A stretch of 64,000 nt of DNA from Laetmonice hystrix. Its lineage: Eukaryota. The stretch covers positions 6,140,001 through 6,204,000 of the forward strand of contig OZ249436.1 in assembly GCA_965235115.1 (NCBI GenBank), read 5' to 3'. Shown here piece by piece: positions 13,383-27,105 of this stretch; position 1 is the stretch's first letter, and each line of letters begins with the position of its first letter. The position numbers and the translations under genes are program-made. Under the pieces are notes generated by a model. It had not been told where the DNA came from. It did not search any database and saw only the letters and a list, made by a program, of their open reading frames with translations.

Positions 13383-14239
13383 TATCGGGTGGATAAAAAA
13401 AAACGCCCCGAACTTTAAACTTCAATATCTCAAAAAGTAATGATTGTAATTCAATGAAATTTTTCTTAATATCACTTCATGATGTTGTCTCTTAGTTGTT
13501 AATGTTACAACTCAATAGCTTGGATAATATTTCCGTGGGGCTTAAAACAAAAATCATTGTACAAAAGCGCAATGCCGGCCTAAAGCTAGTTGTAGTCGCA
13601 CCCAGAGTCCCTGGCCTCACACTAGAGTAGGTGGTCAATCGGTCCCCCGTTTTCACTCCATACTGCTCTCAGTCTCTTTTTCCATGAGCCAATGCACTTC
13701 CTGATCTCTGATAGGGAAATATCTTGCCAACATTCGGAAATACGAAACGTTCTGAATGTGTTGCTAAACGTGATAATGATACGATTTCCCTTGAACTTCT
13801 CCTTACAGTCATATCGTCTTAAGGTTGCAGTTTCTGTGTAGGGTTTGGCACATTAAACATCTCTTTTTCTCTAAAAGTACTAGGAATAGCACATATTTTA
13901 TTAAATCTAGTGGCCCACAACATTATACATATTGTAAAACATGCAAAAACTAAATTTTGATTTTTTAAACCCAAGGTACAAAGCGGTGCATCAAACAGGT
14001 GTCAAATTGGACACCTGGCAGCTGCATGATATTTGACCTAATTCCGGCATTGCGATTTTAGACACTGATTTTTGTTTTTAGCGCCACGGGATTAATATCA
14101 AAGCTATTGAGCTGAAACTTTAACATACCAGAGATAATATCATGAAGTGATATTGAAAGAAATTTTATTGAATTATAATGCATAGTTTTTGAAATATTAA
14201 AGTTTAAAGTTCGGGGCGTTTTTTTTTATCCACCCGATA
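13383..14239 (-). mobile_element. Internally deleted Tc1/mariner-superfamily DNA transposon with ~196-bp terminal inverted repeats (TIRs)
   Basis: Imperfect TIRs 13383-13578 and 14044-14239 (TATCGGGTGGATAAAAAAAAACGCCCCGAACTTTAAAC...), flanked by TA. Minus strand 13622-13744 translates as RISECWQDISLSEIRKCIGSWKKRLRAVWSENGGPIDHLL*, a typical Tc1/mariner transposase C-terminus. Confidence 0.88.
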
Positions 14240-16200
14240 TATATATATATACGTTTATTGATTTGGCCGGAATTCGACCTTGCGTGGTGTCCGAGTGTCC
14301 TTACCTGAGGTCATGACCTCTTCAGTTAAACAGCCAGAGCTCCATGACACCAACTGACCATCGCATGCTCACCCAACGTTTTATGGGGTATTACAAATGC
14401 ATCAGTTTATTGCAAATGCATCAGTGTAGCTAAACATTTATTTTGTGTCATTGATAGATTCTCATTTAGAAGGGCCTCATTGCATCATAATGTAACAATT
14501 AAATATCGTCCTGTACAAGAATGTTGAATGTTGAATGCACAGTATGCATACAGTACATGTATTTATTCATGAAACCTATATCATTATACAACCCATATAT
14601 AAAGGACGATTATACAACTCAAAGTTAACAAGGTTGAATATTCGAGGTCCGATACAGTTTCCATTTTAAGATTTCAAGATGAGTAAAGCATATTTTCCTG
14701 TGAATATGGGTTACGATAACTTGTCCTGCAAATACGTCATTCTGCTACCACATCAACATCACATCCATTATATTCATATCTAAAAAAATACAATAAAAGT
14801 TTTAATTTAGTTATTTTCCGTCCTGAATTGTTATCTATATTTATTCAAATGCAAAACACAATTAAATCCCTTTCACCGACCTAAAAGCTCCTTACCCCAA
14901 ATAATGGTTTTGAAAGCGTTGTTGGGAGCTTGACACGTGGCAACATGGCTGTGGGCAGGACCACTGACAGATACTGTCTCCTGCTGGCCACCGATCGGCT
15001 GAATTATTCACCAAACTGTCATGGGCCCATCATGTGACTTCCTGTACTGACAAGCGTTGGAGCACGGTTGGCTGGACTGAGGGACCATCCGACATCGCTC
15101 CCCGTGTGCCATGACCAAAGGGGACAGAAGCTACAAACCTCCAAACGTTTACGATATTCATCGAAGTTATATCGTAATCTTTTTGTCCTCCCACGTCTTG
15201 TCGAGACGAGAATCTGTTGACATGACATGGCCAGGAACAAAGACTTTTACTGCCTAGCTTCATCCGTAAGATTGACACTAGCCCCTGGTAACAAATAACT
15301 ACATATTCTGTGACCGCCGAGAACCTATTGCTCCATTTCTAGGGTCGTCAGAAAAGTCCATGTTCCCATCGGGACGGGGCCCTCAGATAAACTCTAGAAG
15401 ACGAAAACGGGATGGATTGATACAAACGCTCAAGATAAAATATTCTGAACTTTTGCATCCAGCTTTATAGATGAGTAATATTACGTGGCCTTATATATCC
15501 TCCCATTTTTTCCCTCACATTCTCACGTATTATCACGGCTATGTATAATATCAAACCAAAAGTTAATCAGATTTACATAGGCTTAATTGTTCTTTGCATT
15601 GGGCCACTGGATTGTACACGTGGCACAACCAATACGTTTGATAGTATAAGCGGAGGTCATATCTTTGGTTCACGTTGAACATTGTCAAAAGCCTTGGGGA
15701 TATCTCACCTTGAACTTCCTCCCAATTACCTCCCAATCTACACAAGCTGTGATGCTTCAGAATCGTTTTGAAGATGTATTTACTTGCGACCAAAACAGCC
15801 GGGGCCTGGGGCCGGGGCTGGGGGGAGCACAGCATTATAAATGTCAAGTATAAGGTTTATGCTATCGTTAGTGAAGTCTAACGTGTTGCACAGTCTGCCC
15901 CGCCTCACGGATATGACAGAAGGTGTCAGGCAGGGAGGATGTTCTATGGTAAAAGGCTGGACACAGAATCTTGCGAGGCCAAAGGGTCAGCAATGCAGAT
16001 GACACGACCTGAATACTTTCATATAATAGTGGTAAGGAATTAGCCCGGCTACCTCCATGCCTCTGGCTTCAACTGTGCCGTGCATATTCTACTATTCTAC
16101 TGAGACTAACACATGAGTATAGCTTGAGGCACCGCATCTTGTAGTTTGATTTAATAGTTGAACTAAAAAGGCATGGATCGAGCATTTGAAAGGGCACCGT

Positions 16201-16269
16201 GGGATATTTGGCAGTGAGGATGTTGAGGATATTTGGCAGTGAGGATGTTGAGGATATTTGGCAGTGAGG
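16201..16269. repeat. 25-bp tandem repeat, ~3 copies
   Basis: Unit GGATATTTGGCAGTGAGGATGTTGA. Confidence 0.9.
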
Positions 16270-16590
16270 CATCAAACGCTATTCCATCGGCATGGTAGGA
16301 TGCACCCCTGGTATAGATGATATTATAAATCAATCTATAAAACTGAAAAGTGTTTTTAAAAAAGTCTGGGGTTCTTGAAGGTGTGTGGTCCAAAATGCAA
16401 AAAGGGGAAAGGCAGCTGTAAAACGCATCACTTTGTTCGATATCATTATGTAGGCCTAACTACAAGGCTACCATTGTCTACATTAAGTTTTCTCTCCGTT
16501 GCAAGGGTTGGGTGTTCCCATAAAATGCCTTTTTTCAACGCGTCCTTGAAATATGTCCATTAAAAAGTTTTCACTGAAAACGTTAACACC

Positions 16591-16710
16591 ATTATCTCGG
16601 CCCTCGCAATGAGTCATGGCATTATCTCGGCCCTCGCAATGAGTCATGGCATTATCTCGGCCCTCGCAATGAGTCATGGCATTATCTCGGCCCTCGCAAC
16701 GAGTCATGGC
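16591..16710. repeat. 30-bp tandem repeat, 4 copies
   Basis: Unit ATTATCTCGGCCCTCGCAATGAGTCATGGC. Confidence 0.95.
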
Positions 16711-17000
16711 AGAGATTCACGAGAATAAATATATAGTGATAGTGTTATACTTTCTTACAGTCGGGTCTCCTGGTGTGCTGACTTATCATAACCATGTATC
16801 TTCCTATCAGCCAGGCCAATTTGTTGCTGCCTCCACATTGCTCTACCCTATTCCTCCCTATACACCCTATTCCTCTGCTTATACTAGTCCGCGTGCCGAA
16901 AGAGAACATGGAAGCTCAGTTACAAAAACCAGCGTAATTCAGACTGGACGTGCATCAGACACACTGGCATGAATTCGCACAAGTATTCACCCAAGACTCG

Positions 17001-17450
17001 ACCAATGGTTGTCTGATTATATACTTTAGGTCCATTCTGTAAGGGCTGATACCAATGGTTGTCTGATTATATACTTTAGGTCCATTCTGTAAGGGCTGAT
17101 ACCAATGGTTGTCTGATTATATACTTTAGGTCCATTCTGTAAGGGCTGATACCAATGGTTGTCTGATTATATACTTTAGGTCCATTCTGTAAGGGCTGAT
17201 ACCAATGGTTGTCTGATTATATACTTTAGGTCCATTCTGTATGGGCTGATACCAATGGTTGTCTGATTATATACTTTAGGTCCATTCTGTAAGGGCTGAT
17301 ACCAATGGTTGTCTGATTATATACTTTAGGTCCATTCTGTAAGGGCTGATACCAATGGTTGTCTGATTATATACTTTAGGTCCATTCTGTAAGGGCTGAT
17401 ACCAATGGTTGTCTGATTATATACTTTAGGTCCATTCTGTAAGGGCTGAT
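17001..17450. repeat. 50-bp minisatellite, 9 near-perfect copies
   Basis: Unit ACCAATGGTTGTCTGATTATATACTTTAGGTCCATTCTGTAAGGGCTGAT. Confidence 0.97.
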
Positions 17451-17477
17451 ATTCTTTCCCGTGTTATCGAATGTATC

Positions 17478-17604
17478 CAACCTTTCGTAACCCTAGTGGT
17501 TTTCTAACTGCACCATTCCTTGCGTTTCTTCCTCGCTCTCGTCCCGTTGGGTTCCGTGTTTATAGGACCGGAAGTAGAACTGGACAAGCACGGGAACGAG
17601 GTTG
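17478..17604. mobile_element. Degenerate short MITE with CAACCTCGTTCCC-type ends
   Basis: Right end GGGAACGAGGTTG; left end CAACCTTTCGTAACCC is a decayed inverse of it. Confidence 0.35.
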
Positions 17605-19360
17605 CAGAAAACAAATGGGAAGGGTAACGTTCAGAAAGTGTTCCCAGAGGTCTTTACACATGTTGTCGCATACTCATAGATCCATATAACATTTTTTAAA
17701 CTCTATCGAGAAACCTCTCTACAACCGGTTACCAGCTCGGGTTAGGGAGGTTGATATAGAGGTGGTGTCCAACATCTCTACCCTCCCAGAGTCCCGCCCT
17801 CTATCTCCTGTGATGCATGCTGGGATTGCTCTCACTGGCCTGCTACAGGCACCACAATATAGACCTTCCGAAACAAGGAGTATTGCCTGAACCTAAGAGG
17901 GTCTTTGACCTGGGAATATCCCAACAGGAGGTCTGGTAGTGGGGTTAACTGAACAACCCCAGGGTATTACCCTTGCTGTCCCGCTACTTGTCAACCGGTA
18001 ACAAACAAATATGTCTACCGCTAACCAGCGTCACTTGGGTTGACCTCTGTGATCTGTGAGCAGTGAACCATGAAGTAGAAGTGGTTTATTTCTCTGAGAT
18101 CTACTAGTAAACGATTCCGGGTTGTTGATGATTGATGGGGGAATCTATCATAGTCGTACAACTGTGCCTGTGAGGGGCACGTAATTCTGCTCTCAAACCT
18201 CGTTCATCAAATACTTCCGACAACTCTTGGACTAACCTGTCAACAGAGTGTGGGAATGAAATAGTTTACAAAATGTAATGCCCTGCATGCATATGACCTT
18301 CAGCACACCTGCATGTTAAATGCGGAGAACGTTTTCTTTATTATACTGTCATTCACTTGTAAACTTTAAGGCTATATTGCAGGCTTAAACTATTCTGTTA
18401 GAGTTTGACTTAATGTGTAATCTAGCTATTTGATAACCTATCTCAGATGAAAGATTACGAATTATAATATATCTTGTTCACCATAACATATTTCAATAAT
18501 CATAAAAAAGCAAATCAAACGGAAACGAGCTGGTAGTGGGCGATAATAGAGGGAACAAAGCTTTCAATGATATTTTTGCTATCCATTATAGTTTAAAATC
18601 ATAATACTTACCAACCTGTCATCAGCTCAGAGCCTGTAATCTATATTAAGGATTTATGCTGATCGGAAAATCCTTCAGCACAAGCCTTTGGTCTACCTAT
18701 GCTATGGAAAGACCTAGACCTACATGTAGACTCTATTATCGACTTGTTTCTGCATGCATCCGCATTTATCACACATTCTATAGGGTATCCATGATGCGTG
18801 TACATTAACCATAGGCCTATATTTGATCTATCATCGGAACACTTAAGCAAGGGAGGCATAACCTAATGACTTTGCTTCATGAATAATGCTACAGTGATTC
18901 GATCACTGACGTTTGTTCAGGTAAAAAATGTAGAAATTTTCCAAGCCTCAGTCACCGTTGGGATACGCCCTGTGACTGTACGGGTCCCTGGCGGAGGTTG
19001 TCCTCGAGTAACCATTGACAACCATTGGTTCAGCCACTGACCACGTTAAGGAGGACCTGGCTGGCATTATCAGACCAATTTAGACGTTAATTAGACAGTG
19101 ATCGTCTTGTTGTGAACGCTGGCTGTCCCCAGTCGCTGACCGTGATTTGACCGTCGCCAGTGTCCCCTATCGCGGTGATAACGACCATCATGACCATGTT
19201 GCATGTTGGCAGACAGCCACTCACCTCGCGAGTGTGACCGCTCACACCGTCACCGATGGTGTCCCTGACCTGTGACCGACGGACACAGTGACCGGTGGCT
19301 GTCTGATCTGACCGACCGTTATCGGGGATCGCGGTCCCTCAGCGAGTAGGACTAGTAGGC

Positions 19361-20729
19361 GACCTGTCGAGTTATGTAACCAACGATGGCGATCTAACCA
19401 TGCAACAGGCGCCTGTATGATGGGAACGGTTATGTCGAGTTATGTAACCAACGATGGCGATCTCACCATACAACAGGCGCCTGTATGATGGGAACGGTTA
19501 TGTCGAGTTATGTAACCAGCGATGGCGATCTAACCATACAACAGGCGCCTGTATGATGGGAACGGACCTGTCGAGTTATGTAAGCAACGATGGCGATCTC
19601 ACCATACAACAGGCGCCTGTATGATGGGAACGGACCTGTCGAGTTATGTAACCAACGATGGCGATCTCACCATACAACAGGCGCCTGTATGATGGGAACG
19701 GACCTGTCGAGTTATGTAAGCAACGATGGCGATCTCACCATACAACAGGCGCCTGTATGATGGGAACGGACCTGTCGAGTTATGTAACCAACGATGGCGA
19801 TCTCACCATACAACAGGCGCCTGTATGATGGGAACGGACCTGTCGAGTTATGTAACCAACGATGGCGATCTCACCATACAACAGGCGCCTGTATGATGGG
19901 AACGGACCTGTCGAGTTATGTAACCAACGATGGCGATCTCACCATACAACAGGCGCCTGTATGATGGGAACGGACCTGTCGAGTTATGTAACCAACGATG
20001 GCGATCTAACCATACAACAGGCGCCTGTATGATGGGAACGGACCTGTCGAGTTATGTAACCAACGATGGCGATCTCACCATACAACAGGCGCCTGTATGA
20101 TGGGAACGGACCTGTCGAGTTATGTAAGCAACGATGGCGATCTAACCATACAACAGGCGCCTGTATGATGGGAACGGACCTGTCGAGTTATGTAACCAAC
20201 GATGGCGATCTAACCATACAACAGGCGCCTGTATGATGGGAACGGTCATGTCGAGTTATGTAACCAACGATGGCGATCTCACCATACAACAGGCGCCTGT
20301 ATGATGGGAACGGACCTGTCGAGTTATGTAACCAACGATGGCGATCTCACCATACAACAGGCGCCTGTATAATGGGAACGGTCATGTCGAGTTATGTAAC
20401 CAACGATGGCGATCTCACCATACAACAGGCGTCTGTATGATGGGAACGGACCTGTCGAGTTATGTAACCAACGATGGCGATCTAACCATACAACAGGCGC
20501 CTGTATGATGGGAACGGTCATGTCGAGTTATGTAACCAACGATGGCGATCTCACCATACAACAGGCGCCTGTATGATGGGAACGGACCTGTCGAGTTATG
20601 TAACCAACGATGGCGATCTCACCATACAACAGGCGCCTGTATGATGGGAACGGACCTGTCGAGTTATGTAACCAACGATGGCGATCTAACCATACAACAG
20701 GCGCCTGTATGATGGGAACGGTTATGTCG
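19361..20729. repeat. 68-bp minisatellite, ~20 copies
   Basis: Unit GACCTGTCGAGTTATGTAACCAACGATGGCGATCTCACCATACAACAGGCGCCTGTATGATGGGAACG. Confidence 0.97.
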
Positions 20730-21605
20730 GTGGTCAATAATCCAATCAGACAATAAATCAAGGTCCTCCAAATCTTGTTCTCAGGATCATATATTACAGC
20801 CTATCTCTCTGTCGTCGATAGCGGCAGAGGTTACCTCAGGTAGTCAGGGGGACTTTGCATGCACCGTCATATATTTCAAATATTTATTATAGTAGGTCTA
20901 TGTATTGAATGCTGGAAGTTACTGTTGAACTGTCAAACTACACTTACTGGTCAAAAATATTGCAACATGCGCAAAATGGCACTGAACAGTACCAGGAGAT
21001 ACGGTCCTTCATTCCGAACTCTTCGATCTTGTGTGACATACATGCTCATGCTCTATAAAGGGAAAGGGTGACCAGATCAGGCAGCAAAAGGGTTTTCATG
21101 TTGCTGCGATACCATGCCGGAGGTGCAGGAACTTATCAAATGCTGAACGTTTTGTACCCATGTCTCTGAGAGAGAAAGATGTTTTGATGCATGACATAGC
21201 CAGACTTCTTCACTGCTACCGTCAAGCGGTGTACAGAGTATGGGCGAGGTACCCACAAACTGGTGACCATGACAAATTAAACTGAAGTGATCGTCCAAAG
21301 GAAACCAGACCGAGAGGCGATCGCCGTCTCCTGTGGATTGTTAGTTTGTTATGACCGATTCACGCAATAATTATCGGGTCACGTGGTTACCAGACAAAGT
21401 ATTGAAGGACTTTGTTTCCTGGCAAGATCAGAAAAAAAAAACACTTCAGATCAGTGCGCTTTCACGACGTCTTGAGTTGTGAAAAGAAAATGGAATGAAA
21501 TATTCTAACAGAGTTCTTCAAACTGAACGTTTATGTGTTCCCCGATGCAAGTGCAGCTTCCTTCAACAGTCCTCGAATGTATACGTTTGGTGACACCTGT
21601 ATGTA

Positions 21606-21672
21606 GGATGAAAGAGAGGGAACGGAGCAAGCAAGGAGAGGGGAAGGGGTGAAAGAGAGAGAGGGGGAGAGA

Positions 21673-21733
<61 letters not shown>

Positions 21734-21979
21734 AAGCAGGCAAGGAGAGAGGGAAGGGATGAAAGAGATGGAAGGAAGCAAGCAAGGAGAGAGGGAAGGG
21801 ATGAAAGCGAGAGAATGAAGCAAACAAGGAAAGAGGAAAGGGACGAAAGAGAGGGAAGGAAGCAAGCAAGGAGAGAGGAAAGGGATGAAAGAGAGAGAAT
21901 GAAGCAAACAAGGAAAGAGGAAAGGGATGAAAGAGAGGGAAGGAAGCAAGGAAGGAAAGAGGAAAGGGATGAAAGAGAG
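21606..21979. repeat. (GA)n plus a ~42-bp purine-rich repeat
   Basis: (GA)n at ~21655-21730, then GAAAGAGAGGGAAGGAAGCAAGCAAGGAGAGAGGAAAGGGAT-like units. Confidence 0.92.
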
Positions 21980-22610
21980 TCTGTCGGTGCTCAGAAATAG
22001 TCGCGTGTGAGGGCGCCTCGTGGTCCAGCGATCATAAATACAATCCGTTAAACAGAAAGTGTCCAACACGTGTCACTCCACTCGCTACCTTTGGTTATTT
22101 CAGAGAAACTCATACATAAGTTAAGAGATAGGAATTTACTTCTTTTCTGTCCGCTTCAAGCGTCAGTCTCTATTCAATATCAATTATCTGCCGGGTGTTT
22201 TTTTCCACGGTAACTCATCCATTGTGTATACACTTTAAGTGCTATTTGCCTTAATGATTAACAATGAAAATACATTAAAATGGGGGCATTTGTTTGGCTA
22301 ACGACGGTGTTGTCGGCACCACAGGCATGTTTTTCCCTCAAGCTTTTTGACCTGTTCATTGCGAGCGATGCTGAGGCCGACTCGCGGAATGTGCCCGTCA
22401 CCGACTAGCGCCACCGACACACCGACAAATCTGTCGGGCAGCTCGACGACTCGGAATCAGATCGGGCAAGGATGTATACATGTACATATGCGGGAGAGGG
22501 TTGCTGGTCGGAGGGGTACCTACACCTTGTCCACAGGCGTTGAATGGCGCAGAACAGGGCCGGTGATAGGACCGGCTGGCGACATGCCATAATAGGGGTG
22601 CTTGGGGGAG

Positions 22611-22681
<71 letters not shown>

Positions 22682-22703
22682 GCGAAGCGGGGGGGGGGGG
22701 GGA
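22611..22703. repeat. (GA)n microsatellite with a poly-G run
   Basis: Seen directly in the sequence. Confidence 0.92.
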
Positions 22704-24050
22704 GAAGAAAAAGACTTTACAAATGAAAATAATCTACACATATATCATTAGATAAAGAATTGGCTCACTGATAAATACCCCACATAACAAGCACTATAAA
22801 GTACTCATTTCAACCACAAGTAGATACTCGCTTTCTTTGATAATCAAACTAATTTAGCGCTACATATAGTTTTACGTATTCTCTGAATATAAAACCGAAC
22901 GGTTGAAGAGATATATAGTATGAAGGTATATAATTAGCTACTTTTGTATTGTGCAAACACTTGCTGTGCAAAACTTTGCCCTTGGTCAACAATTTACACA
23001 ACGATGTCCTTTTTGGGGGCGCCTTCCCGAGTAGCTTTACCTAGGAGTTTTTCACGTAATGATTTCTGTGAAGTTGTCGAAAAGTAATTATGATGTCGGA
23101 GGTGGTGTTTGCCAGATACGGGGTGAGTTTGGCTGTCGCCCAAGGTAGCTTGTTGTTCATTTTTTATGAGAGATCCCTTGTGCGCTGGCCTCGCTAAGAT
23201 GAGTCCACCTGTCCAAGGAGGAGCCAGCCAGCCGGCCGGGTGTCGGTCGGGCCCCGGGCCCCTTGTCTCACACACCGGTCCTCGTGTCCCCGCCTCACCG
23301 ACCCAGAAAGTCGTGGTCTGTCGACTGTCGTATAGCCGGCCGGCCGGGCAGCCAGCCAGACAGCCGGCCGGCCGCGAGCCTTTCCTTGTGTAGGCGATCT
23401 GTTCAGAGACAGCGGGCGGACAACTCCTGTCCTGTCACTCCCGTTGTTGGTGATATCAGCCACAAAGAACATTTTGTCTGGGAAGAAGGCCGCACATATG
23501 GATTCCATGTCTTCTTGTGGCAGATTTCACAGTCAGATACGGCGGGCATTGTGAACCTGACGAGGGAACTCCGCCACCTTGAACTTTTGTCACTTTAAAT
23601 GTTCACCACCTATCGCCTCAATCGATACCCCCTCGCTAATTACAACATGGCGTAATCATATATAATTATAAGTATGCTTTTATTTAAAAAATAGATTCAT
23701 ATCTTCGGAGAAAAATATTTGTAATGAACAATCAACTGGGAATATGAAACACCCCTTTGGGGGCAAGTAATTACGCGTCACTATAGATGTTTGCTAAATA
23801 CTTAATCCCCCCCCCCACTTACCTGTCCTATTCCCTAGCGCCTAAAATTTCAAATTTCAAACAGCTCAGCATGTCCTATTCAAAATGTGACAGATACATG
23901 GCCTGGTTTTGATAGGGCTGTTCTGTTATCGGTTGTTACCGCCGACCAATGGAGTACATTTTCAGACAATTTTCGGCCACTTCGGGAATAGAACATGTAA
24001 ATGGGGGAATTAATATAAAATTACTCAAAATCGCTGACTCTTACTTAGGT

Positions 24051-24282
24051 TTAAGGCAAACAGCGAATATCTCTTCTTTCAATGACTCGAAAATGAAGAC
24101 ATGGGCTGTTAGGTTGTTAGATAAGGCCTCAGACTACATAAATAAATAATATCCACAAAAAGGGACTGTTGAATTTCCTTAGATTTCTCCATTTATGTAG
24201 TCTAAAGCCTTACCTCACCTATAACAGCCCATGTCTACATTTTCGAGTCAATGAAAGAAAAGATAGTCGCTGCTTGCTTTAA
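24051..24282. mobile_element. TTAA-flanked fold-back MITE (Kolobok-like)
   Basis: About 90-bp imperfect inverted arms (…TGACTCGAAAATGAAGACATGGGCTGTTA / TAACAGCCCATGTCTACATTTTCGAGTCA…) with TTAA at both ends. Confidence 0.7.
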
Positions 24283-24350
24283 CTACACGCACATAATATT
24301 TGCTGCTTTGAGCGATATTTTCAGTTTCATTATAGTGGTAATGTCTGTAC

Positions 24351-24596
24351 ACGTTTCAGTCGGTAGGTGTGTCGTGAAGTATAGACTCCAGCAGATTTTC
24401 TCAGTTCTGAATACGTTTCAGTCGGTAGGTGTGTCGTGAAGTATAGACTCCAGCAGATTTTCTCAGTTCTGAATACGTTTCAGTCGGTAGGTGTGTCGTG
24501 AAGTATAGACTCCAGCAGATTTTCTCAGTTCTGAATACGTTTCAGTCGGTAGGTGTGTCGTGAAGTATAGACTCCAGCAGATTTTCTCAGTTCTGA
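24351..24596. repeat. 62-bp tandem repeat, 4 copies
   Basis: Unit ACGTTTCAGTCGGTAGGTGTGTCGTGAAGTATAGACTCCAGCAGATTTTCTCAGTTCTGAAT. Confidence 0.96.
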
Positions 24597-25812
24597 GTAT
24601 CATGATTATATCAAACTTAGTTTGAACTTGACCCGCCAATCAAACATGGCGGCTCTACTGGCGTCCGATAACGACTGAAGTCAGCCAAGCAACCATGTCA
24701 ACTGAGTACGGTTTTCGTTCTGTGATCACAGACAACACCCTCAAGTATTCGAACCTAACGGGCGAGAAATGAGTGCCCTCCCACGGCCGGCCGGAGAAAC
24801 CCTCCTGTCTGAACGTGTCTGAGTACAACCATCAACTGATTAAAGTGACAGTGGTATTGACACCTACATTATAGTCACTGAGATACGCTTCATTAGACGA
24901 CCATGCATGGCGTAGACTGGCGTTGAAAACGCTAACGTTCTGAGCTAATTATGTCGGTAATGAATGCAATACAAACCTACAAGTACGAGAGAACACACTC
25001 GTCGGCCTGTAAGTTGGCGTCTATAAGCCACATGAGACCGGGTTTAGGAAGAGGATATTGAAACGTAAAGGTTGAAGGGAGCGCGCCATACACTATCCAT
25101 TCACAACGTCGAGGTCAGCAACGAGTTATGGCTTTTCTTCATGTGTTTTCTAACAAGTTCCAGCATCGCGGCCACATAGTGCATTGTTTTTCTAGAGCTG
25201 ATCTAAATCAATCCAGCAAACGGTGCTTATTAATTATATGGCTCGGCTCGTAATCTAATAAAGTAGCTAGGTTATTGTGATCAGTAACAGCCCTCGTATT
25301 GTAGTATGAATGTCTTTGAGAAAAACGTCGTAATGAACAGGGTGGACTGATCGCTAAGTGGGGCTGACTGCCAGCTGAGGTGACGATAGCGGCCGACTCT
25401 CCAACACATCGCCGACGTTACAACTGATGGCCGTGTCTTCTAATTGTTTATGGCTGCAAACCGTTTTCTTTATCATCGTTTGTTACTCAGCGGCGAGCTA
25501 AGCCATATTGGCTGAATTCCAAATTGGTTATATCACCAATATCGGTAATGAAGTTTAGTCTGCGTCGATATATAATAATTATAAGCCTACCGTAGATACA
25601 TTTACAACGAAACGCACCCCTATACCTACTATATATACTTCACTAGCTTATACCGTGCACTTATATTACTAATTTATAGCGATAACAAGTTGCCTTTCAC
25701 AAGAACGTCGACAGCATAATTTAGTTTTCTAAATGTATACTATAAATGAATTCATTAAATTTTCTCCTGTTTTTCGTGGAGGGTCTGTGTTCAAGGAGAC
25801 AATGAAACCGTA

Positions 25813-25883
25813 TTACAATATCTTATAGTTTTACAATATCTTATAGTTTTACAATATCTTATAGTTTTACAATATCTTATAGT
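25813..25883. repeat. 18-bp tandem repeat, 4 copies
   Basis: Unit TTACAATATCTTATAGTT. Confidence 0.9.
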
Positions 25884-26022
25884 ATTGAACATCTAAACAT
25901 GATCTGAACTCGTTCTTACACTGCTCACCTTAAAACACATTAAGTGACTTAAAAGGTTTCTTTCTTGACTCGGGATGTTTTAAAGTCGATCCCCAAACTC
26001 ATCGACGATATTAAGGAGCAGA

Positions 26023-26830
26023 CAGCTATAGGCCATCATTACATGACGCCAAGCCGCAGCTATAGGCCATCATTACATGACGCCAAGCCGCAGCTATAGG
26101 CCATCATTACATGACGCCAAGCCGCAGCTATAGGCCATCATTACATGACGCCAAGCCGCAGCTATAGGCCATCATTACATGACGCCAAGCCGCACCTATA
26201 GACCATCATTACATGACGCCATCATGCCGCAGCTATAGGCCATCATTACATGACGCCAAGCCGCAGCTATAGGCCATCATTACATGACGCCAAGCCGCAG
26301 ATATAGGCCATCATTACATGAGGCCAAGCCGCAGCTATAGACCATCGTTACATGACGCCAAGCCGCAGCTATAGACCATCGTTACATGACGCTAAGCCGC
26401 AGCTATAGGCCATTATGCCGCAGCTATAGGCCATCATTACATGACGCCATGCCGCAGCTATAGACCATCGTTACATGACGCCAAGCCGCAGCTATAGGCC
26501 ATCGTTACATGACGCCAAGCCACAGCTATAGGCCATCGTTACATGACGCCAAGCCGCAGCTATAGGCCATCGTTACATGACGCCAAGCCGCAGCTATAGG
26601 CCATCATTACATGACGCCAAGCCGCAGCTATAGGCCATCATGCCGCAGCTATAGACCATCGTTACATGACGCCAAGCCGCAGCTATAGGCCATCATGCCG
26701 CAGCTATAGGCCATCATTACATGACGCCAAGCCGCAGCTATAGGCCATCATACCGCTGCTATAGGCCATCATTACATGACGCCAAGCCGCAGCTTTAGGC
26801 CATCATGCCGCAGCTATAGGCCATCATTAC
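26023..26830. repeat. 34-bp minisatellite with ~21-bp variants, ~25 units
   Basis: Unit CAGCTATAGGCCATCATTACATGACGCCAAGCCG. Confidence 0.96.
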
Positions 26831-27105
26831 TCAGAAGCGGGTGATTATACTGATTGCCATGTTGTGGAGGCTCAAGAAGCCACATACCTCATGGCATTAG
26901 TAGAGGGTAGATCCGATCTCAGGGGAAAAAAGGTGGTCAGATCACAGAGAGGGAGAGAGAGATAGAGAGGGAGACAGAGGGAGATAGATAGAGAGAGACA
27001 GAGACAGAGAGATAGTAAAGAGAGTATACATCTAGAGTGAAGTTAAGTACTTTACGGATGTTCACCGCCAAACAACTTATACCAACACACATGACAGATT
27101 TATTG

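Noticed and set aside
16750..16972. Possible terminal exon after TTTCTTACAG (VGSPGVLTYHNH...DTLA*)
   Set aside because: No recognisable domain and no upstream exons found; cannot be supported without transcript data.
17700..18880. Possible decayed coding sequence of a transposon or endogenous virus
   Set aside because: Frames are interrupted by stops and I could not assign any motif. BLASTx would be needed.
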